From the human T2T-CHM13v2.0 reference genome, Homo sapiens: a stretch of DNA of 64,000 bases. Within the stretch, counting starts at the first letter, position 1; each line of letters begins with the position of its first letter. The position numbers and the translations under genes were made by a program. The notes below the pieces were generated by a model that had not been told where the DNA came from, ran no database searches, and was given only the letters and a program-made list of their open reading frames with translations. The stretch is from NCBI RefSeq assembly GCF_009914755.1, contig NC_060938.1. The stretch is one strand, 5' to 3'. Positions 14,191 to 29,100 of this stretch are shown one piece after another.

Positions 14191-16093
14191 GTAAGTGGAT
14201 AGAATAAAAAGAGGGTGAACCCAGCAGTGATCGAGACTGTGCGGGGCAGGGAGTGAGGGCCCAGAATGTGGCAGTGGATATCTCCTGCTGCGTATCATAG
14301 TACGTTATATGATGTCAAGTGCTGTACACATTCCTAGTTATTTAATGAAATTGTTTTGAAGGTAAGACTTCATGATTCGGGTTAACGTGATACTAGTGTA
14401 ACTGCAGCAAGCCTGTATGGTGGCGTGTTTCACTGGGGTGGGGGTCTTGTGTCTTGTTTACATTAGATTATAATCGTGTTTAACCGTCTTTAATTACCCG
14501 CCCGCATCCTCAAACACTTTACAGTCATTTAATTTGAACATGGTTCTGTTCAGATACAGGCCTTATTAGTCTCTCGATTACAACCATAATCAGGGAAGAG
14601 TGTATGCATAAACATGTTGTGGTGAACATGGATGTCAGCAAACTTGGTGTGGTCATATTGGAGAATTAAATCTTACAAGCATTTTCGGTAATTATGGAGA
14701 TGTTTCTCTTTACTTCAACTGGACAATTAACAGTTGTAGCCAGCCTGCTTTCTGGTACTCCATTCCAGAAAGCGCTACTAACACTTCTGGTGGCTGAAAG
14801 ACTCCTGAAACTTGAACAAAATACCCTTTTGTGGAATGTAGAAAACTTGTGTGAAATTGTTACCGATCTGATTTTTTTTTTTTTAATTTAAGAAACTGGT
14901 TGTAGATGTGGCCAAACACTAGTAACACTGGCTTGTGTAGAGTATAATTGACAATAATATTACACGTAAGTGAAAGACTTTTGGACGGTTTTTAAAAATT
15001 AACATAGTATTGGCAGTACCAGTAATTTCTTCACAATAATATTGACCCATTTCAGTCTGTATGAACCCTTTAACTTAAACGTTGACTGCAGGTGTATGCT
15101 TTGTATCATGTGCTCACAAGCATATTGTTTCTGTTGAATTTTACTACAGAAAGATGACATCCTTTTAAGGAATATTTTTTAATATGTGAAGGGAAAAGCC
15201 ACCATTACTTAATGTTTTAGCATTGGCTTAGTTTCACTTGGTAATTCCCTGCAAGATATTTTGACAATACTTATCTTTTTGATTCTCTAGCTTGGTGATA
15301 ATTTGAAAATGTAACCTGGGTATTGTAGATAATGGTAGTTCTATTTTCTGTCTTAACTTGCTTAAACTTCAATTCAGTACATTTGTTAAAACTGTGGGTA
15401 CTACTTTATATTCTTGAAAACTGCTCTTTCAGTATTCTAAGCATTGTATCAGAATAGTTCTAAGACATGTCTGTGTCAATGAATATGAGAAAATGATTTA
15501 TAGCACTATTATAAATGTCATATCAAATGCCACTGTAATTGCTAAAAATTGTAGATTTAGTTGTAAGTTAACCCACAGAAGTAGATGATTGAGTCACATT
15601 TCAAGTTGAAATAGATGTTTTTCTGTCAATTCCAGGAAATAGTTGTGTATATGATATTTAGTCAACTTTGAGTCCTGATAGTTACCTAAGCCTCTCTCAA
15701 CTTGTTTGCTATTTTAGACTCTGGTCAACAATATTAGTAAACTTTAGATTTGATTTTATGTAGAACCCTCCCAATTCACCAGCTAATGTGTATGTTAGCC
15801 TTTAGTAGCTCAAGTTTGTTTAATATTCTGAGTATCTAGAATTGCGATATGCACAAGTGGTTGACCTATAAGATTTACTGGTGCAAGTATGAATCAGGAG
15901 GTATTAAACAATAATAAAACAGTAAAAAAACAACCAGGCCATTTAAAACTGAAGCCTTTATCTTGGCATACTTTTAAATTTAAGTTTCCCATAGGAACTA
16001 TTTTTTTAAAAATACAGATGCGTAAATGTCTGTTTATTTTAAATCATATCCTTTTAGAACTGAAAGCCATCCTAGAGATAATCTAGCCCAACT

Positions 16094-16280
16094 TAGGTTT
16101 TGTTCTGTTTTGTTTTTTGATTGAAAAAATGTTAAGAACCAAAGTGACTTAAAATGTTTCAATCTCCAGATATTTACTGACAGAGGGGTAGGTTTTGTTT
16201 TGTTTTTTGATTGAAAAGAAGTTAAGAACCAAAGTGACTTAAAATGTTTCAATCTCCAGATATTTACCGTCGGAAGGGTA
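16094..16280. repeat. Tandem duplication, ~90-bp period, two copies
   Basis: Identical 47-nt core at 16131-16177 and 16221-16267. Confidence 0.93.
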
Positions 16281-18427
16281 AAGCTAGAACACAGTTCTCC
16301 TGGCCTCTCATTATGGTAACAAACAAGAACCTGAAAAATGACATACCCTTGATCCATTCAGTGAAGATTATTGTGTCACCAAGTTATCTTCACCAAGGGA
16401 CAGTTGCCCTTACATCAATCTCAAGAGATTAGAAACCTCCAAAATGTTCCGTTTTCCGTGGATAACCTGTAATGGGTCAATGGAGTATATGGGGTTGAAC
16501 CTTACAAAATTGCCAATACTTGATTAATAAAAATGATAGCTTATTATGATTCTTCCTAATTGTAAAAGATGTAAAAAAAAAAAAAAAAAGGACAAATGTG
16601 AGACACTTTCAGTTACTCTGTACTTAACCATTTTATCTTTACCTGTTTTCATAGTAACATTTTCAGTTGTTGGTATCTTTTTGAAGTTCTTAAACTTACT
16701 CTCAGCAAATGTAACATAGTACTTCCATTTATTTGTTCTAAATTTAACTTTTTGGCTTCCTCCAGTTTTCTATTTGTAGTGTTCTAGAATTTGGGAATCT
16801 CTCACTTTATTTTTTTCATAGTTTTATAGACTGACAACCCTTTGGCCTTGTAGTGTTAAGTCTTAATCTTGCCGGGGATTTTTCAGTTCCCATCCTTGAA
16901 AAAATACATTTAATAGCGTGAATTCCAAATGTATATGCAGAGCTTTTATTTGGAAAAATTGACAAGCAATTTAGTGATTCCTGTAAATGTACCATATATT
17001 CATGAGTAGTTTATCAGGAAAAAAAAATGCAGCATTGGTCTTCACTACTAATGTCATCGTAATGGTGTATGATATATTGGGCTTTTTAGATGATGTATAC
17101 AGCTTGATTTTTGCTCCTATAGATTCTAAATTAGGAAGAAATCAGGTCTTAAGAATGAACTAATTTAATATTTTGTTTGCTTATTCCATGCTCAAAGGAC
17201 AAAGATTTGTTTGAAATTCCTGTTCAGATTGAAAGTACTGTCCAGTTGTATTGTGTTTAATGGTTTTAATTTTTCCTCATTTTTGGATAGTTTTATATAA
17301 GGTGTAGCTATTCTGAGGTTTGTATCATCAATCTAATACAGGTTTTCATTTCACCTGAGCCTGGCTTATGAGGTCAGGCCAAAATTTTTTCTGGCCCTTT
17401 TAAATATACCATTTGGTCTGTGATAATTTTATGTATGTGTATGTATTTATACGTGTCTGTATATACGCACATATATTTGAAGTGAGTTTCAAATCAGAAA
17501 AAGCTTTCAGAGTTGGTCGAGGCGATTTTTGTGCATACTTCAGGTCTTTGTTTAAAAAATTTTTTTAAAAGATTGATGTATTGTGAGGGAAAAAATTAGA
17601 AATAACAATTTCAGAGGTTTATTGACCCAAAATAGTTTTGGAATGTGTGATAAACCAGAAATGAATTAGCGTGGGTTGTTGAATTTCATATTCCTTCAAA
17701 AGGATTTTTCCGACCTAGTTTAGGTTTGCATGAAATGGATTAGAATTATCTTGCTGAAAAGATTTCTCCACAGTTAAAAAAAGGCCTTTTAATCAATTTA
17801 CAGAATGACAGACTAAAAAAGTCACAAATTTAAAATATGTATTAATTATAAATTGGACATTACTTATTAGTTTTTTGACTCATTTCTGCTTTTGTTGAAA
17901 TAGTTTCTTCTGGAAAGTTAATTTATGGAAAACAGACTTCTTACTGACACATTATTTAAACAGTTGGAGATACTGCCCTATTTATATTTACCAGAAATAC
18001 TGTGTTACTAGAACTTTTTATCAGCATTGGAATTTTTGAAAAACATTTTCAATGGTAACACTAGAAATCTTAATGAAAATGGGGGATGATTAGAATTTAA
18101 CATGTAGCTTTTAATACTCTGGAAAGCTGTACGTTTTTATTAAAATAGAAATTTCTGTAAAATTAAAGCTTTTAACATAAAGCTTTGATTTTGAACTATA
18201 AATATTCTGAGAGCTTTATGACAGTTATCCACACTATCAGGAGTATCCTAAAAATGAGACTATGCTACACTTACATATATTAACAAAAACCTCTTGGGTA
18301 TGGTCTAAGCAATACCTTATAAACTGTGCTTTTTCTGAAAATTTTTAATTTTTTTTTCCTGATCGAAATCTACCATTCAGGTGTAAATATGTATTATATC
18401 TGGCTTTCACTAAAACTTTATTATTAA

Positions 18428-18735
<308 letters not shown>

Positions 18736-19216
18736 ATTATTACTAAATTTAACTGAATATATTTAAATTTACATTCTGCTGATGGGCAAGTTTTACAATA
18801 TTTTATGTCCTAATGAATAGACTTTTTCTTTATAATCATTTTTTTTTTGCATATTTCCCCTTCCAGAACCTTAGGTAGGTCTTTGTTGCAAATAATTGTG
18901 ATTTTAAGCACCTCATATGTAATCTTATAAAGTACTTGAATGTTTACCTTGTGGAATCTTGTCTTTTTTCCCTAGGCTTTAATAGTAAGCATAAAAAATT
19001 CATGTTCTAAAGAATATTGAGAAATTTTAACACTGGAACATTTAAAGGAGTTAGGGGATTTAGATTTCTGAAACTTCTGTGACTGCTGTCTTGCAAGAGT
19101 TCCCATTATCTTCCCCCGTCGAAAATGCTTACCAATGGTTGGTTGTTGTTTTCTCTGGATAATTGTGCAGTACCTGATGGCAATGTATTCTTCATAACTG
19201 TTTGTTTATTTTTAAG

Positions 19217-19340
19217 GCCATGGTAGGGGAGGAGTGTGTAGGTGCCATCGTTTGCAAGTTGGATATGCACAAAAAGATGTTCCGCAGAGGTTATATAGCC
19301 ATGTTAGCCGTGGATTCCAAATACAGGAGAAATGGCATTG
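19217..19340 (+). CDS. NAA30: NAA30 coding exon 3 (124 nt), including acetyl-CoA-binding motif A
   Basis: tttaag|GCC ATG...[41 protein letters not shown](G); RxxGxG motif; donor G|GTAAGA. Confidence 0.97.
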
Positions 19341-20110
19341 GTAAGAAAAATATTATTTTATGGAAAGAATGCCTAAGCTATTTTCATTTTTGTTGTGTTT
19401 TGAAATAAAAGACTTAAATGTAAGTATGTAGAAATGAAAGAAACTAAGGGAAGAAAATTAAGGCGGGTTTTAATTTTTAATTTCAAAATGGTATTTTTAA
19501 AAAGTTCTTAAAATGAATTTTTTCTTTATTAATGTTTTGTTTGACAGTTTTTCGTTTTAACAAGTAGCCGATCATCAGCTTTCACCTGCAGATTTTTTTA
19601 ATCACATTCAAAATGCTTTGCATTATGCTAAGTACCACAAGAAATACTGCAATTTATAATTACATTATGATGGTCCTTCATGCCAGCCTTCAAGCACTTG
19701 TCTGTATTTGGGTTAAGTGGACCTCAATCAAGCCAAAATTATGGACAAATTGTTACCATTACTTGGTGCTAGTCATCAACTATATATTGCAATTCAGGAA
19801 AGATCAGGAGATGAGAATTGATTGTTTCTTGTAATTCCCAAACTTAATTTTTTGTTGGGTCTACTTTTCCTGACATGTTTAGTTAATCTTAACACTCATG
19901 ATTTATAATGATCATTAGAATCATGTGGGTGGTTTAAAAACATGTATTTGGGCCCCTCACCCTGAGACTCTTGTTTGTCTTGTCAGAGGTGGGGCTGAAG
20001 CTTCCCTAGGTGACTGTGATGTAAGCCTGATTAAGAACCACTCTTCTATGGCTGGGTTAGATAACTTTTGTCATTTAAATAACGCCATAAAACTCAATAG
20101 GCCACCAGGT

Positions 20111-20388
20111 GCCGGGTGCGGTGGCTCACGCCTATAATCCCAGCATTTTGGGAGGCCAAGGCAGGTGAGTCACTAGGTCAGGAGTTCAAGACCAGCCTGG
20201 GCAAGATGGCGAAACCCTGTCTCTACTAAAAATACAAAAATTAGCTGGGAGTGGTGGTGGGCACCTGTCATCCCAGCTACTCAGGAGGCTGAGGCAGGAG
20301 AATTGATTGAACCTGGGAGGTGGAGGTTGCAGTGAGCGTGCCACTGCACTCTAGCCTGGATGACAGAGCAAGACTCCGTTTCAAAAAA
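20111..20388 (+). mobile_element. Alu SINE (AluS-like), intron 3, very short tail
   Basis: gccgggtgcggtggctcacgcc... to ...agactccgtttcaaaaaa. Confidence 0.93.
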
Positions 20389-20904
20389 CCACTCTTCTAT
20401 TCTCTAGGACCTAGTGGCTCTTTGTTCACAGTGGAGAATTGGGTAGACAAGCATTTGTCTAAGCATGTCAAATTTTGTGATGTGCTTTAGCTGAGTATTC
20501 ATAAAAAAAAGTTTAATACCTGTACCAGTATTTAATCATTAGTTTTTTCACTTTCATGTTTTTTAAAAACTATTAAGTGTTATTGTCCAACCTAAGACTC
20601 ACACACGGTCCTAGGTATCATGAGAAGTAACTATAAATAGGTTTACTTAATATGTTAGGTTTAGCCAACTTTATTGCAGTGTTACAGCTTTCCACTAAGA
20701 TTTTTAATGAATTGGGCTTGTTTTATGGACTAAGTTTGAGCCTTTGATGCATTAAAAAGCACTGATAAGGACTCATGATAAATTATAGCCAATTGTTTGG
20801 CTAGTTTGGAGGGCAGAAACCAGTGGCTTTTGGGTTGCATCCTGGCCTTCAGACATACTTTGTTTGGGCCATAAAATGCGTGCATACTTGTATGCATGGC
20901 TTGA

Positions 20905-21638
<734 letters not shown>

Positions 21639-22293
21639 TAAGTAAAATTTGTCTGTCTGCTCTTAAAATCAGATTTGGCAAATTTTTTCCCTTTTAATAT
21701 ACCAATTATATTTGACCCTAAACTAGGATACATTTTGCTAGACATGTACAGACACACCACTGACATCATTGGGAGTGCCAGACTTGCCAGACTTCATCGT
21801 GCTCACTGTAAAGTTTATAGGAACCTACTGTGGGTAACAGCAGTTCTGATGAGGTTGTCTTGTCCCTTGTGTCCAGGGGAGTTTGAAGGATCTTTGGTGA
21901 GATCAGCTTGGGTTATGCAGTAAGTTCTGGCCAACTCACGGGGAGTTCCTGCGTTGTTCTGGCCATACCATATCTTGTCTTTTTCTCTTTCGCTTTCCTA
22001 CTGCTTTCAAACACAATAGAACAAACTCCTGCTTGTGGCAAATAATTATGTCTGAGAAAAAGGAGTATATTGGGAGATAGGTCTTTCAAGAGGAAACATA
22101 CTGTTATGTATAGGTTCTGTTGGCTTCTCTTAGCTTATAGCTAAAATTTTTCCCATTTAATTTGAGGTAATCCGTGTATCTGGATTCAAGATAGAAACTA
22201 GCATTTGACATTTCTGTGCTTACGAATATTATAATTTAGGTTATCTTTAAGAAATACATTTTTCCTTCATTAATACTCAGATCTATATTCTAG

Positions 22294-22349
22294 GTACTAA
22301 CTTGGTTAAGAAAGCTATATATGCCATGGTTGAGGGAGACTGTGATGAG
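22294..22349 (+). CDS. NAA30: NAA30 coding exon 4 (56 nt)
   Basis: ttctag|GT ACT AAC...(G)TNLVKKAIYAMVEGDCDE; donor GAG|GTAAGT; phases fit exons 3 and 5. Confidence 0.95.
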
Positions 22350-23324
22350 GTAAGTCTTTAAAAATGTTTAGTATTTTTTATCTGGGCATTATTCTTTCTG
22401 GGTATTTTTAATAAATATTTTATAATTTATTGCAGATTTCATTGCAGTGTTACTATACAAATGCAGCTTGTGGGGAAAATTATATTCCATTTAAAAACAC
22501 ATGAATTTTTGACCTAGAACAAATTTTAAAATGGAGCTAAAATTTCTTCAAAATGTGTGGGGGGAATCTTAGACATTTTCAGTACACAATTTTGGTATTC
22601 AGAGGCTTTATCATCAGTTATTTAAGGTAGCTCTTATTACAGACTCTGTTATAATTTGCTTACATATTGGCCTTAGTTTCTGACAATGGGAAACTGTCAG
22701 TCTATATGGAGGACATTTCACACTTGAAAATAATCTTTTCAGAATTAAATAATGACAATGTTGGCTAGGGGGAAGACAACCACTTTTAAAGAGTAGAGCT
22801 ATCTGCGCATTAACATAAGAGCATTTTCTCTCTTCAGCTTGTTTGTAAGGTCTGATGGCAGATATTTCTTTGTATCCTACTGCACGGTGTTTCTACATAT
22901 AGTAGGTGCATGATAAATATTGGTGATGATTGGGAATGTTAACATTTACTGTTGCACAGTGTGGAAGGGAACAAGTATAAACTAGAGAAGTATAGATGTC
23001 TTTAACATAGCAGTGGTGACTAAGGAGGAGCAAAGTTGTACTAGTACTTTTATGAGTAATAGAAGTAGCAATTGTCTTTATTATTAGAGGTCAGATGTGC
23101 CTTAGAGAATTCTCAAAATATGTGAAATTGGGTAAGTTTTTTTAAAAGGTTGACCTTAATAAATAATTTGTTTAGTGACTTAAAAGAAATGGAGTGTTTT
23201 GGTACAAAATTTATACACAGTCAGCATATATGATATATGTATGCATGTGTTTTTGTTAACAAAGTCCCTTCTACCATTCTCATGCTTTTCAACTCTTTAT
23301 CCATCTTTCCATTGATAGCTACTG

Positions 23325-23501
23325 TTTTTTGTTGTTGTTTGTTGTTGTGGGGTTTTTTTTTTGTTTTTTTTTGTTTTTGTAGAGATGGGAGTCTTGCTAT
23401 GTTGTCCAGCTGGAGACCACTCCAGCTCCTGGCCTCAGGTGATCCTTCCACCTCAGCCTCTCAAGTGTTGTGATTACAGGCATGAGCCGTTGCTCCTGGC
23501 C
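23325..23501 (-). mobile_element. Alu monomer (FLAM / left-arm type)
   Basis: Single reverse Alu arm with degenerate T-rich tail. Confidence 0.8.
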
Positions 23502-25364
23502 TGTTGCTACTGTTAACTGTTTGAAATGCTTTCTCTCATTTTTTAAACACACCTATGTGCAAATATATAGTTTTTAAAAATACAAATGAAGTAATTCTTA
23601 TTCAATAATTATTAGCAATAATAATTGCTTTTTTCTTTTAACAATATCTCATGAATGCATTTCCGTGTTAGAATACAGAGATTTACTGCTGAGCATTCTC
23701 AGGCTCCTTGTTCACATTAGGCTCTATTCTGACAGATCCATTCTAAGTGGTGGTTATATGAGAAGGCCTACAGACATAGTGGGTGGCACAGTGAAGTCAT
23801 CCTGGGATTTAAAAATATCTAATTTTACTCCAAAGAAATAATTCACAGGTGTTGAAGGATCTCACATTGTTCACAGCTTTTAATATTATAATGCAAAAGG
23901 TGCAGTCGCCAAAGCTTTACATGACTGGTAACTGAAATTTCGAGGAGAGAATTGGATCAGATATGTTCATGAGTATAGGTCCATGTTTGGACCATAGCCA
24001 CACTGCTTGTCAGCTCATCGAGAAAAGTCAGGTTTCACAAAAGTTGCTTAACAGCTTGGAGAAATCTTCGGGATAATAGATCATGTTTTGATCTTCTGCA
24101 GATCCAGTGAACAGGGGTGTTAAGAGCAGAGAGTATTATGTTCCCTATGATTAAACCTTTTCTGAGTTATCCTACTTGCTATCCTAAGTTACTACTTGTG
24201 AGGCAGGCTATGTGCTTTTGTTTAACTGTTCAAAGGTTTGGATAGTGTTGGCTTTTCATGTAAAGATGTCAGGAATGATATGAAGATTTTTATTGTTTTG
24301 GTCTCAAGGTTAAATTCTAAATTAATGATATATTTTATGGTAGAAAAACTTCATTTCCAGCCTAAAAAGCTAATGCTGATTCATTCATTTTTTCTTTTGA
24401 AACAATGAATGTTACTTAATCTTTAGGCTGACATCAGGGATAGCTTTGTGAACTTTCTCCTTTTGTATGATTATGGTTTTGCAGTTTGTGAATACCTCTG
24501 TCTCTGGATTAGATAACTTTGTCTTGGTATAAAAATTTTGCTTATCTGTGTCCAGTGTTATTCAGATCGAATAATTTGCCATATGAACTCTTGTTTACTC
24601 TTTAGAAGATATGGTAGCTATTTGGTTTTCCTTTGCTTGTTAAAATACTTTAGTCTTTAAGACCCAATTCAAATACCAACAACTCCTTTAAGTTTTTCTT
24701 GATCCTTCTGGACAGAATCCATTTCACTTTTCTGTTATTTTTGCTACTCTTTTTGTAATTATTGCACTTAATTTCACTTGTTCAGTGCCTTAGCACAATG
24801 TAGGACAGAGATGCCTTCTCTTGTTTGTTGCTGTATTCTTAGTGCTTAGTGTGACATTTGTGATAGAGTACCTGCTTTGTAAATATTTTTTGAATGATCA
24901 GTTCTGTGCTTCCAGCATGATGTTTGTAATCCCTCTCTCTCTTGTTTAAGTACTTTTAAATTTTGACTTGTATTGTTATTAACTTGTCTTTCTCTCTGAA
25001 CTTTCTGTGTGCTTTCTAAAAACACCAATTGTCTTATTTTTGTTCATAGTAGGATTTTTTTTAAAAAAAGGCATCTTTAGGGTTAACCAAGTTGTTAAAA
25101 TGCCTTTGAAATGATAAATCTCCAAAAATACAGCGATTAATGAAAAGGCAAATAAACATGTGCTTTCACTTTCATTAATTTAGACCAACCTTCCTTTCTT
25201 TTAAAGGGTTTAGAAATTTTGACAAATTATCTGAAAATCTGTGAAAGACATTTCAGAAGGGTTTTAAATTAGATTTTCTACTACTTAGGTTATTCTGCTA
25301 TTTTTAAAATTCTTACAAAGAGAGAGATTTTAAAATCTGTGAACCTTTTAATAGAGGTACATTT

Positions 25365-25650
<286 letters not shown>

Positions 25651-26507
25651 AGAGATACATTTGGAAATCTCCGTGAAACCTTACTGTGCTCCGTGGCCGG
25701 AAAAAAAAAAAAAAAAAAGATACATTTGGAAATCTCTGTGAAACCTTACTGTGCACATCAAACAATTTTTACTTTCTATTCTGTATACAGAATTTGTGAC
25801 CTTGAGTCATGTTTATATTGTTCTTTGTTGTTACTAGTCATTTTAAGCTCAGAGTATTCAGCCAGTTATTAGTAATCACAGAATTGAAAGGTAGATGTTT
25901 TTCTCCAAATAATGCTGCACTGTTCCTAGTCTAATTGATGTTTTCATTTTGTCTTACTGTAAGTTTCCCAACTTTTCATATCAGAATTAGACATATGTTA
26001 AAACAGTATAGCTAAAAAATTTTTTCATTTTCTATGTATTTGGAGCTGACTAAAAAATTATAGTATCAAAACAAGAAACAAGTGGATTTGTTACTTGATG
26101 AGTAAGAAATATATTACCAGTATGCTGATCTGGCTTAAATTTGTTTACACCCCCTGCACGCTCTGGCTGCCAGATGTGTAGTGGCTAGGACAAGTATCTC
26201 AGGTTCATGTTTCACAATAGAAGAAAGAATAAGATAAATACATATAGAATGAATGAGTTTTCTATGATGTAGATTTTAAAATAGGATCTGTGTACCTAAA
26301 ATCAACCTACTTGGTGGCCATTTACATTTATGTACTTTTTTTCCTGAAGTAAATTAGAATATGGGCAGGTGATTGATCAGTATCAGTATGATGAATAGTG
26401 CCTCGATTTTTAAGCCATTGATATCCTTAAAATCTTAATCTCTGAAAACTTCAAGGTTGTTTTTGTTTTGTTTTGTTTTGTTTGTTTGTTTTGTTTTTAG
26501 AGTTTTA

Positions 26508-26880
<373 letters not shown>

Positions 26881-27046
26881 TTAATGGAATTTATAGTATC
26901 TTAAAATATTTTTAGTTGAAAATCACGTCATCTAATTTTTGCTTATTTATATTAAAGACATTTTTTCCATTGAAAAACCGTAATGAACATTACAGAAAAC
27001 TTGGGAAACAGAAGAAGAAAGTTCACTACCTACCTTTCTAGCACGT

Positions 27047-27402
27047 TGTATTAGTCCGTTTTCACATTGCTGATAAAGACATACCTGAGACTGGGCAGTT
27101 TACAAAAGAAAGAGTACCACGTTGGATTTACAGTTCCACATGGCTGGGGAAGCCTCAAAATCATGGCAGAAGGCAAGGAGGAGCAAGTCGCATCTTACGT
27201 GGATGGTGGCAGGCAAAGAGAAGAGAGCTTGTGCAGGGGAATTCCTCTTTTTAAAACCATCGGATCTCGTGAGACTTAATTCACTCACGAGAACAGCACG
27301 GGAACGACTTGCCCCATGATTTAGAGACTCCCACCAAGTCCCTCCCACAGCACATGGGGATTCAGGATGAGATTTGGGTGGAGACACAGCCAAACAGTAT
27401 CA
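27047..27402 (-). mobile_element. THE1 (THE1A/B-like) MaLR solo LTR
   Basis: Minus strand reads tgatactgtttggctgtgtctccacccaaatctcatc...aataca; TG...CA ends; 5-bp TSD cacgt / cacat. Confidence 0.92.
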
Positions 27403-28899
27403 CACATCCAATTTGGTGTTTTCTTTCCATTCTTTTTTTGTTGCGTACATTTATTTTTACTAGACAGTTTCTTCTGTAAATAGTATGCCATGTAACTTGC
27501 GGCAGACTGTTTACAATCTGCTATTCAAACCCATGACTTTCCCTGCAACCTGATTTGCTTGACCTACTTAATGCTACTTATTTCTAGCAATATAAAGGTA
27601 ATGCAAAAGACATTTTGGTAAATTTTAGATAATATAGTAGCTGACTCTATTTTGTACAATTAAAAGAATAAAATAGATCACATTAGCACTAATGAGTAAA
27701 TTAGATTATTAGGAGCCAAGAAGATCTAAGTTATTTTTTGAAATAACTTATACTTTTCTAAATTAGAAAAGTCCAACTTAGAAAAGGTACAGTCATTCTT
27801 TTTCCCCCATTATAAAAGGTTACTTTTTATCTTTTTAATTAGACTATATTTATTGTGTTTATTATGTATTTACTAATTATATATTTGTGTATATATATAT
27901 ATATATAAAACATCTTTAGTTTCACTGGAAACATTATGCTATGTGATAGAGCCTGCAAGGTAAAGAACAGAATACAGTGGGGTTAGTTAAGCTGCAAGGA
28001 TTTTGGGTGAGTAGTTTGGCCTAATAACTGATTATGAGACACCTGGTTTCCATATTTATCTTCTGTCACTTGGCAGTTGTGTGATTGTAGGCAGGCCATT
28101 TAACTTTTTCTGGTCTCTCTCTTTGTCTATGCAACATGATGTTAATTCTGATCTTAAAGATACGTTGTGAAGAGCAGTACTGTTTGTTGTTCATTCAGGA
28201 AATAGCAGTGGAAGGGCTTCTAGGTGCCAGACAGTGTGGTAGTGCTAAAGTTCTAGCAGTGAACAAGCCTGCTCTCCAGGAGCTTCCAGCCTACAGTATT
28301 AAAAAATACTATCTTAAGCAGTAATGTTTTGTAATGGTTTGGCTTATCCTGATAATGATCTGTTACTGTTGCTAAGAGGATCGGTGGAATTTCACTGTAA
28401 TTTTTTTTTCTGTTAGGTAGAATTCAACTCTGTCAAGTTTCTTTAGGACCAAAATAACTTCATTTTATGGTGAATTTCTAATATAAATTCAGATATTCTT
28501 TTAATATGTTTATAAGAATTTAAGAATTAAAAATTAGTTACTTTATCCTGGCATTTTTCTGTTGTGTCAAATAATTTTCTAAAGAAAGAATCTCTTTGTT
28601 TAGAAAATATGAGTGTGCCAGGAGAATCTTTACATTTTGACTAGATTAGACATTGGTGTAACTTTTTTCTATGTAATTGAGCTTCATTTCATTAATATAT
28701 TAGGATGCAAACAAACTTGAACTCAGTTCTTAACCACACTTTAAGTGTGTATTTGTGTAGTGGTGGTAGCCTCAGATGTGTTTGGAATATTTTAGATTGC
28801 TAAATATTGATGGTGGACTTAAAATCCATTTCATCTTGTCTTAAGTAGGTTAGATTTCCCAGTCACTGCTTTGCTTTACTTTGGGAAATGAGGGGGAGG

Positions 28900-29100
28900 T
28901 ACAGTAGAGTAGTTACTATTAAGCTTTAGTTCATAATTGGACTCTGTTCTGTCCTTGCTCTGTTGGTGGCCTTGAGTTTTATTCATCTGTAAAATGGATA
29001 ACCACATCAATTTCATAGGGTTATTGTGAAAATAAAACTACATAATACATATAGAATGCTTTACATTGCACATAGTACAGCTCCAATAAATATTAGCTGT
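28900..29100 (+). mobile_element. MIR SINE
   Basis: ...agttttattcatctgtaaaatggataacc...catagggttattgtg...aataaatattagc MIR core. Confidence 0.75.

Noticed and set aside
27135-27155. PRDM9 hotspot motif position in the THE1 LTR
   Set aside because: Minus strand reads CTTCCCCAGCCAT, not the recombinogenic CCTCCCTAGCCAC variant.
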